Source: an uncultured Nitrospinota bacterium
GTDB lineage: Bacteria > Tectomicrobia > Entotheonellia > J063 > CAVPRW01
Assembly (NCBI GenBank): GCA_963707985.1
Contig: CAVPRW010000032.1
Location: forward strand, 1 to 64,000
DNA: 64,000 nucleotides
Reading direction: 5' to 3'
Positions 40,016 through 51,872 of this stretch are shown here, in pieces; position 1 is the stretch's first letter; every line of letters begins with the position of its first letter. A program made the translations under genes and the position numbers. The notes beneath the pieces were generated by a model. The model did not search any database, was not told where the DNA came from, and was given only the letters and a program-made list of their open reading frames with translations.

Positions 40016-40912
40016 ATGTCCCAGCTGACACGCTACAAAGCAATTTTCGCACCGGCCTCACCGGCAGATCGCTGGCGCGCCTTCGAGGACTACTGGGCCT
40101 ACCTGCTCGAACGGGATGGAGCCCTGCACGAGGAGGCGCAAGCGCTCGAGCACAAGACGGGGTATTATCAACGTCTGCAGGCGCGCCCCCTCCACGCTCG
40201 GCAATCGCTCACTCCCGTGCGAACGATGGCCGCCTTGGCAGACCTGCTAACTACCCAGCACCGGACTCAGGCCGACCGACGGTTGCTCGCCCTCACGGTC
40301 ATCTATAAGTTTGCCAGCCATGAGGCCGCAGGAATTCGGGCCGCATGGCTGGCGACCCCCTCATGGGAGCGCTGCAGGAATCTGACCGATCGAATTACCC
40401 GCTACCACCTCTGTGAGGAGTTCTGCCATCTCCGACTCTTTGGCGAGATGTTCAAGGTGTTCGCGTTAGGTGTGGAGTGGCCTTTGTTCTCCTGGCCGAT
40501 GCGCACCACGTATGCAGCGTTTGCCCGCTGTCCCAACTGGGTACTCGCCCCTATAGCCTTTGGTAGCGAGATCATGGGGATCATGTTTTACCGGCACATC
40601 TGGCGTGTGCTGGAGGAGGTGTTTGCCACCGAGCCTGAGGCGTTAGAGCGGTTGCACGAGTTGCTGGGCGAGATCATGGTCGACGAACTGGGACACATCG
40701 GCGAGCGCCGGAGTTTTCTCGGCCATGCCGGGGTGACGTTTGCGCGTAAGTTTTTACCCGTTATGATGCGCCGGTTTTTCGCCGACATCCCTGAGGCCGA
40801 GGTCATCCTCGACGTGAATCGGATGGTACAAGAAGCGCTGGTATTCGACTATAGCGGTATCGATGCGGCGATCACCGAGCGTGCATGGATCCCTGCCTAC
40901 TGCCAGGTCTAG
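40016..40912 (+). CDS. Ferritin-like (diiron) protein
   Basis: EEFCH and DELGH ExxH motifs; AAGGAG RBS. Confidence 0.7.
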   Translation: MSQLTRYKAIFAPASPADRWRAFEDYWAYLLERDGALHEEAQALEHKTGYYQRLQARPLHARQSLTPVRTMAALADLLTTQHRTQADRRLLALTVIYKFASHEAAGIRAAWLATPSWERCRNLTDRITRYHLCEEFCHLRLFGEMFKVFALGVEWPLFSWPMRTTYAAFARCPNWVLAPIAFGSEIMGIMFYRHIWRVLEEVFATEPEALERLHELLGEIMVDELGHIGERRSFLGHAGVTFARKFLPVMMRRFFADIPEAEVILDVNRMVQEALVFDYSGIDAAITERAWIPAYCQV

Positions 40913-41090
40913 GTCTGGAGATGGGTCTCGGCCTGAGCATTCTCCAGAACCTCGCCATCACGATACTCGCCGATAGACCGCACGCTTACCTGACATACGG
41001 AATGGATGCTCTGGACGCAGCGGACGTGTGCTCAACCTTGGCCAGATGCCAATTCACGCGATGAAAAATAGAAAAAGAAGGGAGCCACTC

Positions 41091-41642
41091 ATGAAACGAG
41101 CCCTTGTTGTCGTCGATGTGCAGAATGAATATTTTTCTGGTTTGCTGCCTATCACACACCCCCAAGGGCACTTGACCAATATTCTGCGGGTCATGGATGC
41201 GGCAGCAGCCCATGACATACCTCTCGTGGTGGTTCAACACACCTTTCCGCAGCCCGACAAGCCCTTCTTCCGGCGCGGCACCCCGCAGTGGGAACTGCAC
41301 CCGGAGGTGCAGGCACGCCCGCATGACCTCTTGATTGAGAAGCATCTGCCGGGAAGTTTTACCGGAACAGCGTTAGAGCCCTGGCTGCACCAGCAGGGCA
41401 TCGATACGGTAGTGATCGCGGGCTATATGACGCATATGTGCTGTGACACCACCGCGCGACAGGCAGTTCATCGGGGCTTTACCGTGGAGTTTCTGAGTGA
41501 TGCGACGGGCACCTTGCCCCTGAGTAACGCAGCAGGGGAGGTGAGTGCCGAGGAATTACAGCGGGCCATTTTGTGTGCGCAGCAGATGCTGCTCAGCGAG
41601 GTCATCAGCACAGACGCGTGGTGCCGGCGGATTGCCGAATAA
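41091..41642 (+). CDS. Isochorismatase/cysteine hydrolase family protein
   Basis: ALVVVDVQNEYF, IEKHLPGSFTGT, GYMTHMCCDTTARQA. Confidence 0.9.
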   Translation: MKRALVVVDVQNEYFSGLLPITHPQGHLTNILRVMDAAAAHDIPLVVVQHTFPQPDKPFFRRGTPQWELHPEVQARPHDLLIEKHLPGSFTGTALEPWLHQQGIDTVVIAGYMTHMCCDTTARQAVHRGFTVEFLSDATGTLPLSNAAGEVSAEELQRAILCAQQMLLSEVISTDAWCRRIAE

Positions 41643-41699
41643 GTTGAGAGGACTTCTCGGCTTCTCGGTCGTTCTGACTTCCAGGCGCATCCTGGCATG

Positions 41700-42150
41700 A
41701 GTAAGGATGCAACGCGGCAACAGCCGTGTGCAGCTGGTATGTCGGGAGAAGACGCTCCGGTCGGGGTGTGGATATCATCCTGGGCGAGCCATAGCGCCTA
41801 TGGAAGAAGAGCTCGCCCACGATTTCCTGTAGTGCATACACGCCCAGACGCCCCTTGCAGGCCACATCAAAAGCTGTAACCGCTCGCATTATGAGGATGT
41901 GCTCATCGTGCGAGTGCATAAACTCGTCCCTAGGCAGGTCTGGCGCTCTCGCTATGAGCTCATCAACGCCTTCGAGCGCTTGCTGGCCGATTCGGCCACG
42001 CTGCTTTTCAAGCTCTACCTTCACATCAGCCAAGAAGAGCAACGACAGCGACTCCTCGAACGTGAACAGGCTCCCCCCAAGTCACGGAGACTTTGCGGGA
42101 TGCGCTGTGGCCGTTCAGAGAGCAGTGGCTGGAGACGCTGGAAGACCTAG
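41700..42150 (+). pseudogene. Polyphosphate kinase 2 (PPK2) family remnant
   Basis: EEELAHDFL*...[14 protein letters not shown]...INAFERLL...[15 protein letters not shown] with an internal stop and truncation. Confidence 0.75.
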
Positions 42151-42434
42151 GGCGAGAAAAACGCAAGGCGATTGAGGAGTATCGCCGAAGCCGAAACCAT
42201 GCGGGGTGAACAGCCGACGATGTAAGTAATCTAGGGCCGAGCGTCCACGACAACGGGCGTCCACAGGCCCGAGTACCAGCCATAGGCCAACAACTCATGT
42301 GCTTGAAAGCTCAGAATGAGCATGGCTCGCTGGCTCAGATGCACTTGACAGGTCCGATGTCTACGTGCTAGCGTCAAGCGCCAGTGCGACACATGATCAT
42401 CACTCGGTCACGGATTGCATCAGGAGGAGATCTC

Positions 42435-43415
42435 ATGGGATCCGGGCAATGGGTCGTCACTACGACCTGCGAATCGGTGCTGACCTGGAACTATGACGTC
42501 TCGCATCAAGGACTCCGTGATCTTTACGAAAAAGCCAAGCAGGAGCAGTGGAACGTCTCGGTCGACGTGGATTGGAGCCCAGCGGTGGACCCTGAGGCTG
42601 AAATCCTGCTCGACCATGAAAATCCACATGTGGCACTGATCCAAGACTCGGCGATCTGGCGCAAGATGACGCCGCAGGAGCGTTCCTCCTTGCGATACGA
42701 GACCCTTGCCTGGAACCTGAGCCAGTTCCTGCATGGCGAGCAGCTGGCGATTTTTGTCGCCGGTCAGCTCGCGGCCGCGGTGCCATGGATCGATGCCAAA
42801 CTCTACGGCAGCACCCAGGTGGTCGATGAGGCACGGCATGCCGAGGTATTTTCGCGCTATCTGCGCGACAAAATCGGCAAGGAATATCCGCTCGCGGATT
42901 CCACCCACGCCATTTTCAAAACCATCCTTACCGAATCCCGCTGGGATTTTAAGTATCTAGGGCTGCAAGTGGTGCTTGAAGGCCTCGCTATGGGGCTGTT
43001 TTCCCGCATGTACAGTGCGGCACAAGAGCCGATCCTGCGACGTGTCCTCAAACTCGTCATGCAAGATGAATCGCGGCATTTTGCCTTTGGCAACTTGTCA
43101 CTGCGGCGGTTCTACGATGATATGCCCGAGCCCGAGCGCCGTGAGCGCGAGGACTTCGCCTATGAAATCTGTGCCTGCATGCGCGGGCGTGTCTTCCCGG
43201 TGGCCGCCTGGGAAACGATCGGCCTGCCCGTCGACGCGTGCATGGCGGCCACGCGCCAGGGGGCGCGTCAAAGCGGGGCGCAGAAATCTGGATTTAACCG
43301 GGTAGTGCCGGCCTTGAAGGCGATCGGTTTGCTGAGTGATCGTATCCGCCCTCACTATGCCAATATGGGCCTCCTCAAGTATGAAGATGCCCCCATCGCG
43401 CCTGACCTTGACTGA
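42435..43415 (+). CDS. Ferritin-like diiron protein (AurF/N-oxygenase-like superfamily)
   Basis: LYEKAK..QWN...VDW; SQFLHGEQ; QVVDEARH; QDESRH. Confidence 0.82.
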   Translation: MGSGQWVVTTTCESVLTWNYDVSHQGLRDLYEKAKQEQWNVSVDVDWSPAVDPEAEILLDHENPHVALIQDSAIWRKMTPQERSSLRYETLAWNLSQFLHGEQLAIFVAGQLAAAVPWIDAKLYGSTQVVDEARHAEVFSRYLRDKIGKEYPLADSTHAIFKTILTESRWDFKYLGLQVVLEGLAMGLFSRMYSAAQEPILRRVLKLVMQDESRHFAFGNLSLRRFYDDMPEPERREREDFAYEICACMRGRVFPVAAWETIGLPVDACMAATRQGARQSGAQKSGFNRVVPALKAIGLLSDRIRPHYANMGLLKYEDAPIAPDLD

Positions 43416-43574
43416 AGCTCTGTAGAATCGTGCGGGCAGGAGGCTCATCTCCCATCCACCGCATTACCCATGCATGTTCATGCTCCCACGCCTGTGACCT
43501 ACCACTGCAGGAGTGCTTGGCGGTGGCGACAGATGAGTCGGGTTTTACGCATCTCCCAGGTTGCATTCCACGCA

Positions 43575-43603
43575 TTGACAGGCACGGGTGTGCCCTTTAG
43601 AAT
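43575..43603 (+). promoter_or_regulatory. Putative sigma70 promoter of the GNAT-oxidoreductase-amidase operon
   Basis: TTGACA-N17-TAGAAT; the spacer contains a GGCAC..GTGCC inverted repeat. Confidence 0.6.
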
Positions 43604-43731
43604 GAGCCCGACGTTCCCCTCATGGCAAGCGCTCATGCGGCTCATGTCGACTTGAGGAGGCCAGGGCAGACGCTTCCCTCTGCCTCAGGGTGGGGGGACA
43701 CACGCCGGCGATGTGATGAGGGCTCCGCGAT

Positions 43732-44574
43732 ATGCCCCTATATCGTTTCTGCCGCCCGGAAGATATTCCGCTGATTGTGCAGGCCTTAAATACGTGCCAT
43801 GATGTGCACTTCCCCCAACATCCCGCCATGACGGTGGCCCAATTCCGAGAGGAGATGGGCCTGATCAGCCTGTGGCCCAGCAACACCATGGTAGTTCTCG
43901 AAAACAACGATCCCATTGCCGTCATTGTCGGTACCAAGCGCCCCTACGGCTGCTGGATCGCCAAGCTTGGGGTACGCTCGGAGCACCAGCGACAGGGTAT
44001 CGGACGCTACATCGTCGATGCGCTGACACGCAAGTTGTCCATCATCGGCCCACGCGTCATCAGCGTGGATGTGCCGGTGGACAATGAAGGCGCTGCAGCG
44101 TTTTTCAAGCATTTGGGGTTTGAGACGTGGGGACGGTATTGGTCATTCGTCGGTCATCCTCAGACACAGTACCCCGACGATCTGCGCCAGGTTCATCCTA
44201 TAAAGCCTGATGTGGCGCTCAGTCGCTATGAATCCTTTCACCCCATTCCCCAGTGCTGGGAGCGCGATACCTACACGCTGCAGCTCTATGCCGGGCGTCT
44301 CAGCGGATACGCCTTCTGGGAGCAGGACAACATCCGCGGGTATTTGTTGCTGCATCATTCGATCATTATGGACCTCGCCCTTGATCCTCATGCTGATCCT
44401 ATCCGGGTGGGCACGGCGCTGCTGCAACGCGCCGCTGTCGATGTCAAAGAGGCATTGCACATCGACAAGGTGGCGGCGCAAGATCCCGTACGCGCTGCCC
44501 TCGAACAGGCCGGTCTTACCCCACACGAGTCGCATGTACACATGGGCCAGCACATCATTAAAAGAAGTGGATAG
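43732..44574 (+). CDS. GNAT family N-acetyltransferase
   Basis: LGVRSEHQRQGIG motif A; N..A..FF..LGFE. Confidence 0.82.
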   Translation: MPLYRFCRPEDIPLIVQALNTCHDVHFPQHPAMTVAQFREEMGLISLWPSNTMVVLENNDPIAVIVGTKRPYGCWIAKLGVRSEHQRQGIGRYIVDALTRKLSIIGPRVISVDVPVDNEGAAAFFKHLGFETWGRYWSFVGHPQTQYPDDLRQVHPIKPDVALSRYESFHPIPQCWERDTYTLQLYAGRLSGYAFWEQDNIRGYLLLHHSIIMDLALDPHADPIRVGTALLQRAAVDVKEALHIDKVAAQDPVRAALEQAGLTPHESHVHMGQHIIKRSG

Positions 44575-44587
44575 GAGGTTTGGGTGC

Positions 44588-47465
44588 ATGAGCACGTTGT
44601 ATGAAGAGCTGCGTCAGGTCATCGACGGAGAGGTCCGCTTCGATCCGTATTCTCGTTCGCTGTACAGCACCGACGCCAGCATGTACCAGATCGAGCCAAT
44701 CGGCGTCGTCATCCCCAGGCACCGAGGGGATGTCGTCGCCACGGTAGACATCGCCCGTCGGCACCAGGTCCCCGTGCTGCCACGCGGTGGCGGTACCAGC
44801 CTTGCCGGGCAGACGGTGGGGCATGCCGTGGTACTGGATTTTTCGAAGTACCTGAACCAGATCCTGGAGGTTAACACCGACGAGGGCTGGGCGCGTGTTC
44901 AACCGGGCGTCATACAGGATGACTTCAATGCGCATTTGCGTCCGCTAGGGTTTCTCTTCGGTCCCGATACCTCCACCAGCAATCGGGCTACCATCGGTGG
45001 TATGACCGGCAATAACTCTGCGGGCTCACACTCGATTGTCTACGGCAAGACGATCGATCACGTCCTGGAGCTGTCGATCGTCCTCTCAGATGCCAGTAGT
45101 ATAGTTCTCAAAGCACTGGATAAAGCCGAGTTGGAGGCGAAGCTCAACGGCGGAACGCTGGAAAACCAGATTTATCGCCAGGTCAAGCGCATCGTGGACG
45201 CCAACCGGGAGACGATCCAGCAGCGCTACCCCACGATCCAGCGGCGCGTCAGCGGCTATAACCTCGATGCCTTCGTGCGTAACGGCGAATTCAACCTGGC
45301 CAAGATGGTGGTCGGCTCCGAGGGTACCCTGGCCGTCGTCACCGAAGCTAAGGTGCGTATCGTGCCGCGCCCCAAAGCCACGGCGGTGTGTGTGGTACAC
45401 TTCGACGATCTCATTGCCTCCACAGAGGCTTCCGAGGAAATTCTCGCCTGTGACCCCTATGCCATCGAGATGATCGACCGCATGGTCATCAGCTTGACGC
45501 GCGATGCCGGGGAGTTGGGACGGTTGATGACCTTCATCGAGGGGGACCCCGAAGCCTTGCTGGTCGCCGAGTTTCGCGGCGATACCCCCGCTGAAGCCCA
45601 GGCCAAAGCGGAACACATGATCGGGCGCCTGCAGGCCAAAGGCCTGGGTTATGCCTATGTGCGCGCCTATACCCCGCCCGAGCAGGGCCGCGTATGGAGG
45701 ATACGCAAAGCCGGGCTCGGCCTACTCATGCGGGTTGAAGGGGAGCGCAAACCAATCGCCTTCGTTGAGGATACCGCCGTCGACCCACTGAAGCTCCCAG
45801 AATTTCTCCGTCGCTTTAAAAAAATCATCGACGATCATGGCACCAGCGCGGGCTATTATGGCCATGTCAGCGTGGGCTGTATGCACATTCGGCCGCTGGT
45901 CAACCTCAAAGAGCAGCATGAAATCGAGCTCATGACCTCTATCGCCAAGGAAATCAGCGACCTGGTGCTGGAGTTCGGTGGCGCCATGAGCGGCGAGCAC
46001 GGCGATGGGCTGGCGCGGAGCCATTTGAATAGAAAATTGTTCGGGCCTCAGCTCTATCGCGCCTTCCAGGACGTCAAGCAGGCCTTCGATCCGCTGAACA
46101 TCATGAATCCGGGCAAGATCGTCGATGCCCCGCCGATGACCGAGAATTTGCGCTATGGCACCGAGTATCGGACCCTCGAGCTCAAGACGCACTTCAGCTT
46201 TGAGAAAGAAGGCGGGTTTGCCAGCGCCGTCGAGCGCTGCATCGGGGTCGGCGAGTGTCGCAAGAAACTCGATGGCACGATGTGTCCCTCGTACATGGTG
46301 ACCCTGGAGGAAGAGCATTCCACCCGTGGACGGGCCAACGCGCTGCGTGAGGCGCTTTCGGGCCGACTTCCCAAGGAGGAGTTGACCAGCCCACGCATGT
46401 ACGAAGTGCTGGATCTGTGCCTGGAGTGCAAGGGCTGTAAGGGTGAGTGTCCGATCAACGTCGATATGGCCAAGCTCAAGTATGAGTTCCTGGCGCATTA
46501 CCACGAAGCCCATGGCACCCCCCTGCGGGCCCGATTGTTCGCCAACATCGAACTGCCTGAATCAGATCGGCTGTGCACTGGCACCGTTGTCCACGACCAT
46601 CGCGAACCTGGGTGTGTCGCGCTGGATGCTGGAAAAAATCGTCGGTATCGACCGCCGGCGCTCGTTACCGCCCTTTGCACGTCAGACGTTCGACCGCTGG
46701 TTCCGCAAGCGCAGGCCGACCGTGGCGGCCACCTCCGAGCGCAAGGTGATCCTGTTCCACGATACGTTCATGAACTATAACTATCCGGAGATCGGCAAAG
46801 CCGCCGTCGCCGTTCTGGAACGCGCCGGCTATGAGGTGATGCTGGTGGAGAAACGCTGCTGTGGGCGGCCGATGATCTCCAAAGGCATGCTGGAGGAGGC
46901 TCGTGCCAACGCCATCTACAATGTGAATGTGCTGGCGCCCTATGCGGAACAGGGCATCCCGATCATCGGCTGCGAGCCCTCGTGCATCCTAACGCTGCGC
47001 GATGAATACCCTGATCTCGTGTCCGATAAACGGGTCGAGACCGTGGCTGCCAACAGCTTCATGATTGAAGAATTCTTGGCCACCCTGCACGCCCGCGGCG
47101 AGCTGCATCTGGCCTTTAAGGACACAAAGCGCAAGCTCCTGCTGCACGGGCACTGTCACCAGAAGGCGTTGATCGGCACCGGCCCATCGCTCACGGTCCT
47201 GCGATTGCCTCAGGGCTTCGAGGTCGAAGAAGTGGATTCAGGCTGCTGTGGCATGGCGGGATCGTTCGGGTTCGAGCAAGAGCATTACGACCTGTCGCGG
47301 GCCATTGGCTCACGCCGCTTGTTCCCGGCGGTGCAGGCCAAGCAACAGGCGACCAACGGCGACTTCGACGTGGTCGCCGCGGGTGTGTCTTGCCGTCAGC
47401 AGGTCGAGCACTTCACCGGCAAACGCCCCAAGCATCTGGTCGAGGTGCTGGCAGAGGCATTGTGA
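44588..47465 (+). CDS. FAD-binding and Fe-S-binding oxidoreductase (YdiJ/D-2-hydroxyacid dehydrogenase-like), 1-nt frameshift near 46556
   Basis: YSTDAS, PRGGGTSLAGQ, GSEGTL, SGEHGDG, CIGVGEC..MCPSY, CLECKGC..ECP, CCG repeats. Confidence 0.9.
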
Positions 47466-47501
47466 TCATCGAACGACCGCGGCACTGTTAAGGAGTAGTC
47501 T

Positions 47502-48908
47502 ATGTCAGACGCCGACCTCTGTTATCTGTCAGCCACAGACCTTGCCGTCGTTATTCGCACGAAGCAGGTATCGCCGGTGGAAGTCGTAGACGTTGTTCTG
47601 GCGCGCATCGAGCAACTCAATCCGCGGCTGAACGCCTTTTGCCTGGTGACTGCCGATGCAGCTCGTCAGGCCGCCCAGGCTGCCGAACACGCGGTGATGC
47701 ATGGGGAACCTCTAGGACCGCTGCATGGCGTGCCGGTGTCGATCAAAGACCTGGTGCTGACCAAGGGCATGCGGACGATGCGGGGCTCGAAACTATACGA
47801 ACATGACGTTCCCACCGAAGATGCGCCAGTGGTCGAACGTCTGAAGACTGCTGGGGCTATCGTCCTGGGCAAGACTACCACGCCTGAGTTTGGCTTCAAA
47901 GGCGTGACCGATAGCCCGGTGACCGGCATCACACGCAATCCGTGGCACCCCGAACGGACCCCAGGCGGCTCCAGCGGCGGTGCAGGGGTGGCTGTGGCCA
48001 CTGGCATGGGCCCCTTGGCAGTGGGGACCGATGGCGGCGGGTCGATTCGGATTCCGAGCAGCTTCTGCGGCATCTACGGCTTGAAACCGCATCTGGGCCG
48101 CGTGCCAGTCTATCCGGCCAGTACCATTGGCGATATCTCGCATGTGGGTCCGATGACGCGAACGGTGCGGGATGCGGCCTTGATGCTGAACGCAATCGCT
48201 GGGGCCGACGATCGGGACCGCTTGTCTTTGCCCACCAGCCATCCCGACTATGTGCAGGCCATCGAGGGAGATATTGATGGGCTACGGATAGCCTGGAGCG
48301 CTGACCTGGGGTTTGCGGTCGTCGATCCGCAGGTCAAACAGATCACCGCCGCAGCAGTCGCAGCGTTCTCCGAATTCGGTTGCCATGTTGAGGAGATCAA
48401 CCTCCGCTTTGACAACCCGGGAGAATTCTTCCAGTACTTTTTTTATGTAAATATTGCCACCATGCTGCAGGACTATCCAGGCTATGAGCGCCAGATCGAT
48501 CCGCAATTGCTGGCCAACATCGCCGAGATGAAGGGCGTCTCAGGCCAAGACTATGCGCGCGTGATGCTGCGCCGCAGCGCTATCTTTGATAAGATTCAAC
48601 GTCTCTTCGCCACCTACGATGTGCTCCTCTGTCCCACGGTGGCCGTACCGCCCTTTGAGGTGGGTATCGAAGGGCCAACGCAAATCGCCGGTCAAGTGGT
48701 TGACCGCAGGACCTGGATTGCCATGACGCCCCTGTTTAATCTCACTGGGCAACCAGCGGCAACGGTGCCTTGCGGTTTCACCAAGGAGGGCTTGCCAATC
48801 GGCTTGCAGATCGTCGGCCGCCGCTTCGACGAGGTTACGGTGCTTCGCGCCTCCGCCGCTTTCGAAGCTGCACGGCCCTGGGCTCAGACCCGCCCCCCAG
48901 TGAGTTAG
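47502..48908 (+). CDS. Amidase signature family protein
   Basis: GVPVSIKDL, PGGSSGG, GTDGGGSIRIP, GLPIGLQIVG. Confidence 0.93.
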   Translation: MSDADLCYLSATDLAVVIRTKQVSPVEVVDVVLARIEQLNPRLNAFCLVTADAARQAAQAAEHAVMHGEPLGPLHGVPVSIKDLVLTKGMRTMRGSKLYEHDVPTEDAPVVERLKTAGAIVLGKTTTPEFGFKGVTDSPVTGITRNPWHPERTPGGSSGGAGVAVATGMGPLAVGTDGGGSIRIPSSFCGIYGLKPHLGRVPVYPASTIGDISHVGPMTRTVRDAALMLNAIAGADDRDRLSLPTSHPDYVQAIEGDIDGLRIAWSADLGFAVVDPQVKQITAAAVAAFSEFGCHVEEINLRFDNPGEFFQYFFYVNIATMLQDYPGYERQIDPQLLANIAEMKGVSGQDYARVMLRRSAIFDKIQRLFATYDVLLCPTVAVPPFEVGIEGPTQIAGQVVDRRTWIAMTPLFNLTGQPAATVPCGFTKEGLPIGLQIVGRRFDEVTVLRASAAFEAARPWAQTRPPVS

Positions 48909-48969
48909 GGGGCCCTGGAAGATGTAGCCTCACCACAGTGCGATCGGCGCGACATGAGCCTTCAAACAT

Positions 48970-49887
48970 TCACGCGCGCGGGGCGAACGGATGACGCGCC
49001 AACCAATGGCGGGCAATCTCTTCCCGACGACAGATCCACACGCCGTCATAGGCCAGCATATAGTCCAGCAATCGTTCCAGTCCGACTGATCGACCAGGAT
49101 GCCCGCTCACACGCATATGCAGTCCCACTGACATCATCTTAGGCTGACGAGCCCCCTCCCGATAGAGCACGTCGAAGCTATCCTTGGCGAATATATAAAA
49201 ATCATCAGCAGTCGCAAAGACGCCACGACCGAACTTCGAGTCATTCACTGCCAGGCTATATGGAATCACCAGATGTGGGCGATCACTGACCTCGACCCAG
49301 TATGGGAGCTCGTCGTTATAGGCATCGGAATCGTACAGAAACCCTCCTTCTTCGACGATGAGCCGGCGCGTATTCACGCTTGGCCCATAACGACAATACC
49401 ATCCGAGCGGCCGCTTGCCAACCGTGGTTTGTAATGAGGCAACCGCTTTGCGAATATGCTCCCGTTCCTCGGCTTCCTCCATGTTGTAGTACTGCACCCA
49501 CCGCCACCCGTGGCAGCACACGTCATATCCGGACTCGGCGATGGTGCGGGCAGCCAACGGATGGCGTTCCAGGGCTAAAGCGCACCCGAATACGGTCAGC
49601 GGCAACTGACGCTCCTGAAAGAGCCGAACGATGCGCCAGAAGCCGACACGGCTGCCATATTCGAACATCGATTCGGCGGCAAGATCGCGTCCCCTGACCC
49701 CTTGACTTTGCCCGGCCGACTCGGTTAGCCCCGCCTCCGACTGGCCATCTCCATCGACAAAGGATGGCTCTGAGCCCTCCTCATAATTCAGCACGAAATT
49801 CACGGCCAGCCGTGCCCCATTGGGCCATTGCGGGTCAGGAGGATTGGGACCATAGCCGATCAGATCGCGAGTGTAGAATGGTGTCAT
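48970..49887 (-). CDS. puuE: Allantoinase PuuE-like polysaccharide deacetylase family protein
   Basis: RDLIGYG..PPDPQWPNGARLAVNFVLNYEEG; ESMFEYGSRVGFWR; KMMSVGLH. Confidence 0.82.
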   Translation of the reverse strand: MTPFYTRDLIGYGPNPPDPQWPNGARLAVNFVLNYEEGSEPSFVDGDGQSEAGLTESAGQSQGVRGRDLAAESMFEYGSRVGFWRIVRLFQERQLPLTVFGCALALERHPLAARTIAESGYDVCCHGWRWVQYYNMEEAEEREHIRKAVASLQTTVGKRPLGWYCRYGPSVNTRRLIVEEGGFLYDSDAYNDELPYWVEVSDRPHLVIPYSLAVNDSKFGRGVFATADDFYIFAKDSFDVLYREGARQPKMMSVGLHMRVSGHPGRSVGLERLLDYMLAYDGVWICRREEIARHWLARHPFAPRA

Positions 49888-50631
49888 CTTTCGTCTCACT
49901 CCAGAGCAGAAATCATGGGAAGCTTGATGAATGCCTATCGAGCTCAAGGACACGACATCTTCTCATCGCGTTCATTATAACTGAAATGCCGGTGCACCCC
50001 TAGCTGATGCGCGATTGCTGCGCCCATCTATATCCATTCCGATCCGACCGGGCGCACAGATGTCATAAAGGTGGGATGGAAAACCGACAAGACGCGCCTG
50101 CGGCGCAGTCTGGCGAACTTTCCTCAACGGCGGCAGCATATTCGACACGCACTGCTCAAAGCCCAAGTTGCACAGCTCAACCAAGCCCTGCGTGACCACT
50201 ACGCCTGAGATTCGGCCGGCCAATTCTTGGCTCAGACATGCTCACGAATGACGGGTTGGAAATTCACGCCCGTGCGATCATCCGGTTTTCCACGCGGGTT
50301 CGCCGCTTCGACCTCATGGAGGTGCGCATGGTGACGATACTCTGCCATGATGCTCTTGATGGTGATTTCTCCAATATCCAAACCTTGGGCCGTGCGCCGG
50401 CACGTTCCTTGTCATCCATCATCAGAGAGGGTATACTCGCCCTCGCCCAAGTGTCAATGGAAACAATGATGTGCATCCATGGCGACAATCAAGGTCGACG
50501 CCTAGCGGTTCCTGCATGAGGCTCAGGCCGTGGTGGATGTCAGGCGACCGTTCATACGGGACCATGGAGCCTTAAACCAGTGAGAGAGGCGGCATCCCCT
50601 GTCGTGGTGGAGAGGAAGAGGAGGGGCTCTA

Positions 50632-51693
50632 ATGCATATTGGACTCATGATGGAATGTGACTACCGATCAGGTAAGACGCAGGAAGAGGCTTTTGACGAA
50701 GCCTTCTCCACCGCCGCACATGCCGAGGAGTGGGGCTTCGATGGAGTCTGGTTGGCCGAACGTCACTTTGCACCCCCTGAAAGTGGGCGAGCCATCCCGT
50801 CAGTCGTGGCGTCCCCATTGATCATGGCCACCGCGATTGCCGCTAGAACGACCCGCATCCGGGTGGGGACTGCGGTGCTGGTGGTGCCTCTCGGCCATCC
50901 TGTGCGCATGGCAGAGGAGATCGCGACCCTGGATCACGTCAGCCAGGGGCGCCTGAACATGGGTATTGGCCGGAGCGGCTTTCCCTGGGCCTACGAGGGC
51001 TACAACATCTCCTACGCCGAGAGCCGGGAACGCTTTCGGGAATTCTTCGACGTGATGAAGCTGGCGTGGACCGAAGAGCGTTTCTCCTACGAGGGGAAGT
51101 ACTATACCTTTAAGGATGTGTGCCTGATCCCCAAACCGTATCAGAAACCTTATCCTCCCTTGCGGTATGCCTCCACCACGAGGGATAGCTTTGCCGCCAT
51201 GGGACGGTTGGGGATGCCCATTTTTGCGGGTGCAGGTGGAGTGACGGTATCTGACCTGGCGCGCTCCATTGGCGAGTATCGGGGGGCCTGGCGCGAGGCT
51301 GGCCATCCAGGCGACGGCGACGTGATGCTGCGGGTGGGCATTTACGTGGCTGAGGATCAGGAGCGGGCGCTCTCTGAGCCGCGAGAAAGTACAATGAGCT
51401 TTTACGGCCGCGTGCGAGAGGGTTTACTGCAAACGGCTGGCGCGTTTGGCGGTGAATTGCGTGCTCAACGGGCCCAAAACCTGACCAGCCTGACCTATGA
51501 GTCCGCACTCCGGGATCGCCTGGTCTACGGGACGCCGGACACCGTGGCCAAGCGGTTGAGAGAGGTACAAGATGAGCTGGGGCTTTCGGGAGTGCTCATG
51601 GAGCCCAACGTCGGTGGCTTGATCAGCTCAGATCGCCTCGAACATTCGATACGCCTCTTCGGGCAGGAGGTGGCCCCCCAATTGCGATCCTGA
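50632..51693 (+). CDS. LLM-class flavin-dependent oxidoreductase
   Basis: GFDGVWLAERHF, HPVRMAEEIATLDHVSQGR, PKPYQKPYPP. Confidence 0.9.
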   Translation: MHIGLMMECDYRSGKTQEEAFDEAFSTAAHAEEWGFDGVWLAERHFAPPESGRAIPSVVASPLIMATAIAARTTRIRVGTAVLVVPLGHPVRMAEEIATLDHVSQGRLNMGIGRSGFPWAYEGYNISYAESRERFREFFDVMKLAWTEERFSYEGKYYTFKDVCLIPKPYQKPYPPLRYASTTRDSFAAMGRLGMPIFAGAGGVTVSDLARSIGEYRGAWREAGHPGDGDVMLRVGIYVAEDQERALSEPRESTMSFYGRVREGLLQTAGAFGGELRAQRAQNLTSLTYESALRDRLVYGTPDTVAKRLREVQDELGLSGVLMEPNVGGLISSDRLEHSIRLFGQEVAPQLRS

Positions 51694-51872
51694 GCCGTCC
51701 ATCGATGACGTGACCCGCCGGGGCCAATCATGCCTGTGCCTTGGCCCCGGCGGTTTATCTCAGGGCAAGGAGTGGAGCGCTCGCCCCCATAGAGAGGTAC
51801 CCGTGGCTACAGCTGTCCAGCACACTACCTCCCGGCACCATCACCGCCTTCCGGCGTCCGTCCCAGACCCAT

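Noticed and set aside
44210..44587. Long N-terminal extension of the FAD/Fe-S oxidoreductase in the ORF track
   Set aside because: It overlaps the GNAT gene; AGGAGG precedes the ATG at 44588, which fits the family start.
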